Positions 43,646-52,418 of a DNA stretch of 56,107 nucleotides are shown here, piece after piece. The notes under the pieces were generated by a model that made no database searches, had not been told where the DNA came from, and was given only the letters and a program-made list of their open reading frames with translations. The stretch is taken from assembly GCA_017505745.1 (NCBI GenBank), contig JAFVOP010000112.1:1-56107 (forward strand), written 5' to 3'. Each line of letters starts with the position of its first letter. Position 1 is the stretch's first letter. The position numbers were made by a program, and so were the translations under genes. Origin of the DNA: Clostridia bacterium. Its GTDB lineage: Bacteria > Bacillota > Clostridia > Oscillospirales > CAG-272.

Positions 43646-45562
43646 ATGAAAAACGGATTTATCAAAGTTGCCGCCGCAACTCCCACCATTCGTGTTGCAG
43701 ACCCATCCTATAACGTTGAGCAGCTGCTCCGCATCGCAAAGGACGCCGCCGAGCATCAGGTACACGTTCTTGTCTTCCCGGAGCTATGCATCACCGGCTC
43801 AACCTGCGCGGATCTCTTTTATTCCAACCATCTTCTTGAGGCCGCAAAGAAGGCACTCGCTCGCTATCTTTCCAAAACCAAGGATTGGAATATGGTTTCC
43901 GTGGTTGGTGTTCCGTTCATTGCACAAGGCAAGCTGTATAGCTGCGGTGCAGTATGTCACTTCGGCAGGCTGCTTGGAATCGTTCCTAAAACGCATCTTT
44001 CCACCTCTCAAATGCGGTATTTTTCGGCAATTGGGCAGGTAACGCAGCAAACAATTGTTTGGGAAGGTGCCGAAATTCCGTTTGGCTCCGACCTGCTCTT
44101 CCCCTCAGAGGAGCTCCCCGCGCTCAAGCTGGGAGTAGAATTAGGTGAGGATCTTTTCGCACCGCTCCCCCCGTCCTCTCTGCAAGCACTGGCCGGCGCA
44201 ACACTGATTTGTAATCCGTCCGCCTCCAATGAAATTGTTGGACGTGCCGAGAGCCGCGTCCGTATGATCCGTGCTCACGCGGCCCGTACCGGCGTTGGAT
44301 ACGTTTACGCCAACGCGGGAGATGGTGAATCCACCACCGATTTGGTATTTGCCGGTCATGATCTGATTTGTGAAGGCGACGAGCTCCTCGCGGAAAAAGC
44401 ACCCTTTGCAACAGACTCCGAATGGATTGTGAGCGAGATCGACACGGAACGCCTGACAATCGATCGGCGCAAGCAGACGGCTTCTGCGGAGAGTTACGGA
44501 AATTACCGCGAAATCCGATTCTCGCTTGGCCTTTCCGAAACAGAGATCACTCGAAAGATCAACCCACATCCCTTCCTCCCCACCAACCCCGAAGAGCTTG
44601 ACCGACGCTGCGAAACCATTTTGTCCATCCAAACGGCCGGACTCAAGCAACGCGTCGAGCGTGCCTATGCGAAAAAGCTGGTGATCGGGATCTCCGGTGG
44701 CCTTGACTCTACACTCGCCCTGCTTGTTATGGCGCGCGCGATGGATGCCCTGAAGCGTCCGCGCAAGGATATTCTCGCGGTTACCATGCCCTGTTTTGGA
44801 ACCACCCAGCGAACCAAAAATAACGCTACGGTGCTTTGCGAGGAGCTTGGCGTGGACTTCCGTTGCGTCGATATTTTTGACGCGGTCAATGTTCATTTCC
44901 GTGACATTGGGCACGATCCCAATGACCGAAACGTGACGTATGAGAACAGTCAGGCCAGAGAACGAACCCAGATTCTGATGGATATTGCCAACGATTGCGG
45001 AGGCATGGTCATCGGCACCGGCGATCTTTCCGAGCTTGCCCTCGGATGGGCGACCTATAACGGCGACCATATGTCGATGTACGGAGTCAACGGCGGCATC
45101 CCTAAAACATTGATCCGCCATATTGTTGCCTACTGTGCAAAGCAGTTTGATGCAATGGAAGAAGGAAAAATAGCGGATGCATTGCGCGACGTGCTGGATA
45201 CACCGGTATCCCCCGAGCTTTTGCCGGCCAAGGAAAACGGCGAAATCGAGCAAAAAACCGAGGATCTGGTAGGTCCTTACGAAATTCACGATTTTTATTT
45301 GTATTACACCCTGCGCTACGGGTTCTCCCCTGCCAAGCTTTACCGTCTGGCGCAATTGGCTTTGGGAGATCGCTACGATAAGGAAACGCTTCTCAAATGG
45401 CTGAAAACCTTTGTACGGCGCTTTTTCAGTCAGCAATTCAAGCGCTCGTGCCTCCCCGACGGCCCTAAGGTGGGTTCGGTCGGCGTTTCACCGCGCGGGG
45501 ATTGGATGATGCCCTCGGATGCTTCCGTTGCCTTGTGGCTGAAGGAAGCGGACAGTCTGTAA
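43646..45562 (+). CDS. nadE: Glutamine-dependent NAD+ synthetase
   Basis: 638-aa ORF. The N-terminal nitrilase-like domain contains 'VLVFPELCITG'. The synthetase domain contains 'ISGGLDSTLALL' and 'GTGDLSELALGWATYNGDHMSMY'. Confidence 0.9.
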   Translation: MKNGFIKVAAATPTIRVADPSYNVEQLLRIAKDAAEHQVHVLVFPELCITGSTCADLFYSNHLLEAAKKALARYLSKTKDWNMVSVVGVPFIAQGKLYSCGAVCHFGRLLGIVPKTHLSTSQMRYFSAIGQVTQQTIVWEGAEIPFGSDLLFPSEELPALKLGVELGEDLFAPLPPSSLQALAGATLICNPSASNEIVGRAESRVRMIRAHAARTGVGYVYANAGDGESTTDLVFAGHDLICEGDELLAEKAPFATDSEWIVSEIDTERLTIDRRKQTASAESYGNYREIRFSLGLSETEITRKINPHPFLPTNPEELDRRCETILSIQTAGLKQRVERAYAKKLVIGISGGLDSTLALLVMARAMDALKRPRKDILAVTMPCFGTTQRTKNNATVLCEELGVDFRCVDIFDAVNVHFRDIGHDPNDRNVTYENSQARERTQILMDIANDCGGMVIGTGDLSELALGWATYNGDHMSMYGVNGGIPKTLIRHIVAYCAKQFDAMEEGKIADALRDVLDTPVSPELLPAKENGEIEQKTEDLVGPYEIHDFYLYYTLRYGFSPAKLYRLAQLALGDRYDKETLLKWLKTFVRRFFSQQFKRSCLPDGPKVGSVGVSPRGDWMMPSDASVALWLKEADSL

Positions 45563-45576
45563 CCGTCTATAAAAAA

Positions 45577-45625
45577 AGAGGAAGCACCCAACGGTCTCAC
45601 CGTTGAAAGGCTTCCTCTTGTTTTA
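45577..45625. terminator. Bidirectional compound-hairpin terminator
   Basis: The outer stem is agaggaagc / gcttcctct and the inner stem caacgg / ccgttg. An A-run precedes the hairpin and a T-run follows it. It sits between convergent nadE and comEC. Confidence 0.75.
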
Positions 45626-45634
45626 TTTCCTGAT

Positions 45635-47563
45635 TTATGGAAATGCCGCTGCGAACCCGGCGGAATCGTATAGCACCTCAATTCCGTGTAATTGCGCCTC
45701 CTGAGAGAGACGCGCGGCAATTGCTTCTTCTCTTTCCGTGGTAGGCATGGGCAGATGCAAGCGTTGCACGCGGATACGGGAAGAAAGCTTGGCGATAAAG
45801 TAGGTTCCTTGGTTATCGTACCGATAAAAAATCAGATCCTGTATTTCGCTGCACGATTCTGCCAGCGCTGCTTGCTTTACCGCGTAAGAGCCGGATAGAA
45901 CGCCCTTGTCACGCACCAGAACAGCGGTTCCGTTTTGTGTGTAGAGCCGGGCATCTCCCTTTCCCGTTTGAATTACCGTTACGTCGGGTTCCGGTTGCAC
46001 CGGAAGATGCACCGAGGCCCAAGCCACCGATACGGTAAGAACACAAATCAGAACCGGAGCCAGATACAACCATTTGGTTTGGATCTTTTTAACGGCAAGC
46101 AAAAGAATAGAAGCAGTCAAAAGGAGCAACAGCAGCCCCAGGGAAGGCGCCACCATAGGAAGCAGAACTCCCTCGATTTCCGAGAAAAAGGAAACCGTTT
46201 GATAGATCAACTCCTCCAGCGCTTCACACATCCGGGGAAGAATGGGCAAAAACGGAAAAATAATCAGTAAAAGCGCACCGATAATCAGCAGCGTTACGGG
46301 AACGGAGAGAATCAGCGTTGCGGGAACCGATGCCAGTGATATCTCTCCAAAAGCCGTTGCACTGAGCATCAATAAGGCGATATTAGTAATCAATCCAACG
46401 GCAACTGCTGCCACCGCGGAAGAGCTTATGCGATACAAAAGCTTTGGGGCCATCCACCGTTCCTTGAGTTGCTCCAGAGCATGGCTCACCACCGGGAAAA
46501 AGACGATGATCGATGCGGCCGCCAAAAAGGATAGCCACATAGAAATATCGTATACGGCGTAAGGGGTAATCAATAGGATCACTGTGAGGGCGGTGCAAAG
46601 CGAAGTAAAGGAATCGTATGGTCTGAGAAGAAGCAGTCCGCAATACAACACACAAAGCATCAGCACCGCGCGGCTGGTGGAGACGGAGCCCCCGGTCAAT
46701 GCCAGATAAAAGAGTGAAAAAAGCGGCATAAACAGCAATTTCATCCATCTCGGGGCGTGAATGAACCGCAACAGGATCCCCAAAAAGCCAACCAGGATCG
46801 AAACATGTAATCCGCTCAATGCCAGCAGGTGCGAAACCCCCGAGCGTCGAAACGCCAACGCTGCGTCATCGGGAATCCATGACCGATTGCCCAAGAGCAA
46901 GGCGGCCGAGAAACCGTGTCCTCCAATTCGGCTCTGTAAGAAATACGAAAGCCGTAAATTCCATTTTGACAGTTGAACCTCCGGCGAACGGTTCGGCTCC
47001 TCCGGAATCTGCAGTTGATCCAAGGAGGAACAGGAGAGGGTCAGCAGGCACCCATCCGCCAAATTGTAGAGCTCCTCCTCCAAGCTACTCTCCTCCAAGC
47101 GCCGCCCCTGTACACCTTCAACAACAAAGGAATCGCCCACCTGCAAGGCAGAGAGAGAATCCATTTCCAAAATTCCCTTGACGTTGGTCTTTTCCCCGTC
47201 CAGTGATGTGAAACGTACCCGAAAGCTCGAATAAAAGGACTCCGTGGAAACTCGTTCCAGCACATATCCTCGGGCAACCCGTTGTAAGCCGTTTTTCTTT
47301 TGTATCTCCGCGTATCGAATGTTGAAGAAGGAAAAGGAGGAGAGAATGGAGAGAGACACGAAAAACAGGCAAAGCAAGGAAAGAAGCATCGACCGGCTTC
47401 TCCACCCCTTGATCCATACCAAAAAGAGTATAGAAAGGAAAACAAGCAAGAACACTATCAAAAGGGCCAGCTTCCACGCCGTATGAATTTTCATAAAAAG
47501 AACGGAAGAAAGCGCAAATAAGCACATCGCAAGCGCCAACGGGCGATTCTTAAAAATTTGCAC
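45635..47563 (-). CDS. comEC: ComEC/Rec2-family DNA internalization channel protein
   Basis: The DUF4131-like N-terminus is followed by a polytopic competence domain ('FRRSGVSHLLALSGLHV'). The GTG start at 47563 has an AAAGGAGG RBS 8 nt upstream. The C-terminal domain is short and lacks HxHxDH. Confidence 0.8.
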   Translation of the reverse strand: MQIFKNRPLALAMCLFALSSVLFMKIHTAWKLALLIVFLLVFLSILFLVWIKGWRSRSMLLSLLCLFFVSLSILSSFSFFNIRYAEIQKKNGLQRVARGYVLERVSTESFYSSFRVRFTSLDGEKTNVKGILEMDSLSALQVGDSFVVEGVQGRRLEESSLEEELYNLADGCLLTLSCSSLDQLQIPEEPNRSPEVQLSKWNLRLSYFLQSRIGGHGFSAALLLGNRSWIPDDAALAFRRSGVSHLLALSGLHVSILVGFLGILLRFIHAPRWMKLLFMPLFSLFYLALTGGSVSTSRAVLMLCVLYCGLLLLRPYDSFTSLCTALTVILLITPYAVYDISMWLSFLAAASIIVFFPVVSHALEQLKERWMAPKLLYRISSSAVAAVAVGLITNIALLMLSATAFGEISLASVPATLILSVPVTLLIIGALLLIIFPFLPILPRMCEALEELIYQTVSFFSEIEGVLLPMVAPSLGLLLLLLTASILLLAVKKIQTKWLYLAPVLICVLTVSVAWASVHLPVQPEPDVTVIQTGKGDARLYTQNGTAVLVRDKGVLSGSYAVKQAALAESCSEIQDLIFYRYDNQGTYFIAKLSSRIRVQRLHLPMPTTEREEAIAARLSQEAQLHGIEVLYDSAGFAAAFP

Positions 47564-47630
47564 AAGAAGGACCTCCTTTCCATGCCACGAGTTCACAAAA
47601 AAAGAAAACAAAAGAAATACAAGAAAAATC

Positions 47631-47659
47631 TTGACAAATCATCAAACATCATGTATAAT
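47631..47659 (+). promoter_or_regulatory. Perfect-consensus sigma-A promoter (TTGACA, 17-nt spacer, TGTATAAT) for the ACP gene
   Basis: TTGACA is at 47631-47636 and TATAAT at 47654-47659, with a 17-nt spacer and an extended -10 TG. Confidence 0.7.
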
Positions 47660-47712
47660 ATTGGTTGTGAGAAAAAACAAGAGAAATCTTATTTTCTGGA
47701 GGGAAAATTTTT

Positions 47713-47940
47713 ATGTTTGAAACGCTGAAAAAAATTCTGGTAGATGAGCTTCAGCTCGATCCCGATGAAATCACTCCCGAGAGCGAGCTTGCAAACGATT
47801 TGGGCATCAACTCGATTGAGCTTGCGGACCTTGTAATGTCCTGCGAGGATCAGTTTGATATCGAGATCGAGGATGACGATATTCACAAGTTCATCACGAT
47901 TCAGGATGTAGTAAACTATCTGGAAAAGAAACAGAAATAA
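47713..47940 (+). CDS. acpP: Acyl carrier protein (stand-alone)
   Basis: 75-aa acidic ORF. The attachment-site region reads 'DLGINSIELADLVM', compared with the canonical 'DLGADSLD.VELVM'. Confidence 0.7.
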   Translation: MFETLKKILVDELQLDPDEITPESELANDLGINSIELADLVMSCEDQFDIEIEDDDIHKFITIQDVVNYLEKKQK

Positions 47941-47947
47941 CACCTAT

Positions 47948-47990
47948 GAGGATCGCCTTCCATTTGGTTGCAGCGATCCTCTTTCTCATT
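47948..47990 (+). terminator. Intrinsic terminator after the ACP gene
   Basis: The stem gaggatcgc / gcgatcctc is followed by tttctcattt. Confidence 0.55.
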
Positions 47991-47996
47991 TGAAAG

Positions 47997-48029
47997 GAAA
48001 AGCGACTGTATTCAGACAGTCGCTTTTCT
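47997..48029. terminator. Bidirectional intrinsic terminator
   Basis: The stem gaaaagcgactgt / acagtcgcttttc has the loop attcag. Confidence 0.65.
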
Positions 48030-48032
48030 CGG

Positions 48033-48692
48033 TTAATAAAACAGTTCGATATTCCGCTTAATATATCCCAGCATTCTGCCGCGCACATAACGCATATTGC
48101 CGCAAACAAAGTCCTTGATCTTTTCGGGATTGTTGCGATAGTTGTCCACAATATAGCGAAACGCTTTTACCATCTCTCGCTCGCCTCCCTGCTCAAGCGC
48201 GCTGAACAAGGAATTCAGGGTTGCAGGGGATGCGGAAAGCAATAACTCCCAATAGGAATCCTCATTCTTCTCCGCAAGATCGTACAGCATCTTATACGCC
48301 AACAACGGGCGGTACACGCGGCGAAATCCCAGCTTGCGATCACTCTCCAAAACATCTCCTCGCCACAGCTGCTCGGACGATTCACACACTCGGGTAAGGT
48401 AAAAGTTCATGCGCTCGTTTACGATCTCAAAATTGAGGTTTTCAACGGGCATATTGCGCTTTTTTGCACGGTCGAATAAAAAGAAGTTCGGATCCGAATC
48501 GCGTGTAATATAGAGATACAAGGCAGCAAGGCCGGCAAGCAACAGCATCAAGACTGAGACTAAGATTTCCAGCACACGCTTGTATGCGGCATCGGCCTTT
48601 GGCAAAGCCAGAATCAGGATCAGCAATGCGCCAACCAAGCTCAAAACTCCAACAACCGCAACGATCACGGGGAGTATTTTTTTCAAATTCAT
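48033..48692 (-). CDS. Hypothetical membrane protein (two N-terminal TM helices plus a cytoplasmic helical domain)
   Basis: The 219 aa start at 'MNLKKILPVIVAVVGVLSLVGALLILILAL'. No recognisable family. Confidence 0.6.
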   Translation of the reverse strand: MNLKKILPVIVAVVGVLSLVGALLILILALPKADAAYKRVLEILVSVLMLLLAGLAALYLYITRDSDPNFFLFDRAKKRNMPVENLNFEIVNERMNFYLTRVCESSEQLWRGDVLESDRKLGFRRVYRPLLAYKMLYDLAEKNEDSYWELLLSASPATLNSLFSALEQGGEREMVKAFRYIVDNYRNNPEKIKDFVCGNMRYVRGRMLGYIKRNIELFY

Positions 48693-48869
48693 ATATCGAT
48701 TCCTTTCCGTAAATTGCAATGAAAATGATTTACTTTTATATTATATCATAGATAACGGTGCTTTGCAAGAATATTTTTCATTTTTTGCAGAATATTTTGA
48801 AGCGATACCCGGAGAAACTCCGTATTACATTTGTAAATTTTCTGTTTTTATTGACATTACCCTTATTTT

Positions 48870-49913
48870 ATGATAAAATATAAAAGGAAAAATTTTAACG
48901 GAAAAGGAAAAAACGCTTTGGCTGAAAAGAAAAAAGAAGGGCTACTGTATCGCTTGTTCAATATGAACCGCGGGGATCGCTTAGATGCCCCGGAAGAAGA
49001 TACCACACCCACTCTCAAACGATATTTTAAATTGCTTGGAAGGCGATTTTGGAAATTGGTTTCGCTCAATCTCCTGATGCTCCCCCTAATCGTTCCGATT
49101 CTCCTGATCGTATATTTTTATCTCGGCTTTGAAAAAACTCCAATCGAGAACACCCCGCTGTTCTCAGTCCTGTACGGTGCAAATTTCATTGAGCCCTCTA
49201 CCTCAACCATCCAGCTGTTGGATCTCTTTGGCGGACAGTTGAGCATCCCTGTATATAACAATACCGCATCCTATATCGGAATCGGTATCTGCGCAGCCTT
49301 CTTGCTGATCACCTTTGGTTGGCAGAACGTGGGCTCCACCTATATTCTGCGTAGCATGGTGCGCGGAGAGCCGGTATTTCTCTTCTCGGATTATTTCTAC
49401 GCCATCCGTCGCAATTGGAAGCAAGGACTCCTCCTTGGATTGATGGATGCGATCGTTATTTTCCTTCTGGGCTTTGACATTCTGTATTTCGGCTCTATGC
49501 CCGGAGATTACTGGATGAACGTGGGATATTACGCCATCTTCGCTTTGGTATTCCTGTACTTCTGCATGCGCTTCTACATCTATCTTTTGATGGTCACCTT
49601 TGATCTTTCCATTCGAAAGATTCTGAAAAACGCCTTGATCTTCACCGTTTTGGGATGGAAGCGAAATTTGATGGCGATCTTTGGAATTGCAGTGATCACC
49701 GCTATCAACGTTGCTCTCTTCCCCCTGTTTGCCATCACACCTCTCGGCATTGCGATTCCGCTGATCCTTCCCTTCCTCTATTACCTCTCCGTCACCGCCT
49801 TTACCAGTGCCTACGCGGCCTATCCGATTATTGATCGTTATATGATCGAGCCTTATCAAAATGCACCGGTGGATGAATCGGAAGAGACTTCAGAACCCTC
49901 TGAAAACGCCTGA
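48870..49913 (+). CDS. YesL/DUF624-family membrane protein
   Basis: The polytopic ORF has the 'FWKLVSLNLLMLPLIVPILL' opening typical of DUF624. The exact start is uncertain because the N-terminal 40 aa are basic and low-complexity. Confidence 0.65.
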   Translation: MIKYKRKNFNGKGKNALAEKKKEGLLYRLFNMNRGDRLDAPEEDTTPTLKRYFKLLGRRFWKLVSLNLLMLPLIVPILLIVYFYLGFEKTPIENTPLFSVLYGANFIEPSTSTIQLLDLFGGQLSIPVYNNTASYIGIGICAAFLLITFGWQNVGSTYILRSMVRGEPVFLFSDYFYAIRRNWKQGLLLGLMDAIVIFLLGFDILYFGSMPGDYWMNVGYYAIFALVFLYFCMRFYIYLLMVTFDLSIRKILKNALIFTVLGWKRNLMAIFGIAVITAINVALFPLFAITPLGIAIPLILPFLYYLSVTAFTSAYAAYPIIDRYMIEPYQNAPVDESEETSEPSENA

Positions 49914-49920
49914 ATAAGAA

Positions 49921-49960
49921 AAAACAGACCGCTTCCCATCTTGGGAAACAGTCTGTTTTT
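49921..49960. terminator. Bidirectional compound-hairpin terminator
   Basis: The outer stem is aaaacagac / gtctgtttt and the inner stem ttccca / tgggaa. It sits between convergent genes. Confidence 0.7.
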
Positions 49961-49962
49961 GT

Positions 49963-51330
49963 TTAAGTTCCTTTTTCTCCCTGACTGTGCTCAATAAACA
50001 AAAGCATCAAGGAATAATAAATGGTTGGATAGATTTTAAAAAAGAGTACGTCGGTGAGGCTAAACAGTAAAAGCGCTAATATACAGGTTCCCAAAATGGT
50101 CTTTCGGAAATTCGGCCGCATGATCACCAGCTTTACCGTGTGGAATCGGTGGTAGAGATAGGCCACCGCCCCAACGATTCCCGTGGCGCCCAGAACTTGC
50201 ACAGCCGTGTTGTGATAAAGATACGGAAGCGGTCCCATATCCCATTCCTCCGTGTGATAGGAATCATAGAATCCGGAACCAAAGAGCGGACGCTCGCAGA
50301 ATTTATCGATTCCGATTTTCCACATTTCAAAGCGACCGTTGTCAGCCAATCCCATATCTGCAAAGTTGCGCACCAGGGAGAAGAGCTTTTCCGACAGGAA
50401 TAGGATGCCAATCACGGCACACACTCCGATACAAGCCGTAAATATGCGGTTTTGCTTACGGTTGCTTCCGCCAACACAAACGTATAGCAAGCAAAGCGCC
50501 AAAATCAACGTTCCAATCAGCAATGCGCCACGACTTTGTGACAGTACGATGCAAAGGTATTCCAAAAGGCCCAATACGTATCCGATCCAACCGTGGCGAT
50601 GTGAATGCGCGAAATAGAAGCAAGCCGGCATCAAAAATGCCAACATTCCTCCAATATTGGTCCAAACACCCCAGCCAAGCACCACACTTCCCTTTACGAT
50701 CTCACCGTCCACAAATTGCACGGTTGTAAAGAATGCAAAGATCAGCTCTGCCACGATCAGGAGTCCCGCAACCACCAGGCAATACATGAAGTAATCAAAT
50801 GTCGACTCATCAAAACGAAGAAACAGCACAAACAAGGCGTAAACCGGCAATAGCGAGGCCGCAATGAGTAAAACATACAGGAAATTCCCGATGGAATAGG
50901 CGGGGCTGAGTGATCCATTCAGAGCAAACAAGGCGCAAACAAACGCCATGCTCCAAAACATCCCACGTCTGGGAAAGGGATTGCGATGCTTTCTATTTCG
51001 GATCAAAAAAAGTACCAATGCCGCAAGCACCAGAATTACGGCAACGGAAAGCGTTACCAAAAACGGTGCATTCAAGTATTGCTCATCATATCCGGGATTG
51101 CTCGGAGTATAGTCTCGCACACTTACGATAAAAATCGCGCACAAAAACGGCAAAATACCAAATCGAACGTCCTCACAGAGTAGTAATGCGGGTACCAAAG
51201 TCAAGGCAAGGATCAGGGCAAACAAAGCCTCCATTGCGGCGCAGTGTCCCAAAAAGATCAAAAGAGCAACCAGAATCGGATACCAACGGCCGGTGTAAAA
51301 ACGCCGTAACGCAGGCAACGGTTGTTTCAT
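49963..51330 (-). CDS. O-antigen ligase / Wzy_C-domain family membrane protein
   Basis: 455-aa polytopic ORF. A 'SQSRGALLIG' segment and a following periplasmic-loop region are typical of Wzy_C proteins. Confidence 0.7.
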   Translation of the reverse strand: MKQPLPALRRFYTGRWYPILVALLIFLGHCAAMEALFALILALTLVPALLLCEDVRFGILPFLCAIFIVSVRDYTPSNPGYDEQYLNAPFLVTLSVAVILVLAALVLFLIRNRKHRNPFPRRGMFWSMAFVCALFALNGSLSPAYSIGNFLYVLLIAASLLPVYALFVLFLRFDESTFDYFMYCLVVAGLLIVAELIFAFFTTVQFVDGEIVKGSVVLGWGVWTNIGGMLAFLMPACFYFAHSHRHGWIGYVLGLLEYLCIVLSQSRGALLIGTLILALCLLYVCVGGSNRKQNRIFTACIGVCAVIGILFLSEKLFSLVRNFADMGLADNGRFEMWKIGIDKFCERPLFGSGFYDSYHTEEWDMGPLPYLYHNTAVQVLGATGIVGAVAYLYHRFHTVKLVIMRPNFRKTILGTCILALLLFSLTDVLFFKIYPTIYYSLMLLFIEHSQGEKGT

Positions 51331-52418
51331 AGGGATCCCCCTCTTTCTTTCAAAATTTTCAGGTTTTCTTCAAATACCGACGGCAGAAGATACTGCTTGA
51401 GTGTGGGATAGGACATATTCCCCACGCCAAGTTGACCCGAGCGATAGATTCGCTCAGCCGCATCGCAAAAAGCGGTCATGTCATCCGGCGGATATAACGC
51501 ATCTTCCACGTCCTTTAAAAGATCGGTCTGTCCTTTCGTTTTCGATGCCAAAATCGGCAGGCCGCAGGCCATGGCCTCCATGATATTGAACGGCAATCCC
51601 TCCGATTGGCTGGCGGAAACGTACAAGTGTGTAATAGAGAGATACGGAAGCACCGGTGACTGCGAACCCGCAAGAATCACGTTCTGCTCCAATCCCAGCT
51701 TCCGAATTTCTGTTTCCAGCGCCTCGCGTTCGCTTCCCTCTCCAACCAACACAAGCTTGCAAGGAATCGATCGATCCCGTAAAAGCTTGGTGGCACGAAT
51801 CAAAAAAATCTGATTTTTTCGTCCACTGAGCTCTCCCACAAAGGTACAGACAAAATCGGTAGAGCGTAAGGAAAGTCGCTCGCGTAGCGCCTCCTCCGGG
51901 CAAGGCGCTGCCTCCTCGATCGGCGCGCCCATTCCGCGAAGAAAATAAACCTTGCCGCGACAAAGACGATGCACCTTGGCGAGGTTCCAATCCTCTGCAT
52001 TCATCACTGCAATCGAATCGGTCTGCCGTTTTAATAGCTTTTCGCAAAAAAGCAAAACCCGATCCTTCATTCCCCGCTGCGTAATGCCAAACAGATATCC
52101 GTGTACCACATTCAACACATAAGGACGATGACGCAGACCAATCAACGCCATGCGAATCAAAAATGCCGCCAAGGTAGTATGCAAAAGCAACGCGTCAAAG
52201 CGCTCATGCTTGAGGATCTTACGGATCTGAAGGATACTGCGAAGGTTTGAAATACTGAAAAATCGTTTGTCGAACAAAATCGGAAAATCCACTCCATCGC
52301 CGGTTGCCATGGTAAACACGGAGGCTTCTTTGCGCAACGCCTGCAGATAGGGCTGATGAAAGCGTTCCAGATGAGATGCAGTGGAGGCAGCGTACAGGAT
52401 CTTACTCTTCTTCTCCAT
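51327..52418 (-). CDS. Glycosyltransferase family 4 (GT-B fold)
   Basis: 'FVGELSGRKN' and the 'SQSEGLPFNIMEAMACGLPILAS' EX7E region are present. The start at 52418 has a GAGGAGG RBS 9 nt upstream. Its stop overlaps the next gene's start. Confidence 0.8.
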   Translation of the reverse strand: MEKKSKILYAASTASHLERFHQPYLQALRKEASVFTMATGDGVDFPILFDKRFFSISNLRSILQIRKILKHERFDALLLHTTLAAFLIRMALIGLRHRPYVLNVVHGYLFGITQRGMKDRVLLFCEKLLKRQTDSIAVMNAEDWNLAKVHRLCRGKVYFLRGMGAPIEEAAPCPEEALRERLSLRSTDFVCTFVGELSGRKNQIFLIRATKLLRDRSIPCKLVLVGEGSEREALETEIRKLGLEQNVILAGSQSPVLPYLSITHLYVSASQSEGLPFNIMEAMACGLPILASKTKGQTDLLKDVEDALYPPDDMTAFCDAAERIYRSGQLGVGNMSYPTLKQYLLPSVFEENLKILKERGGSL

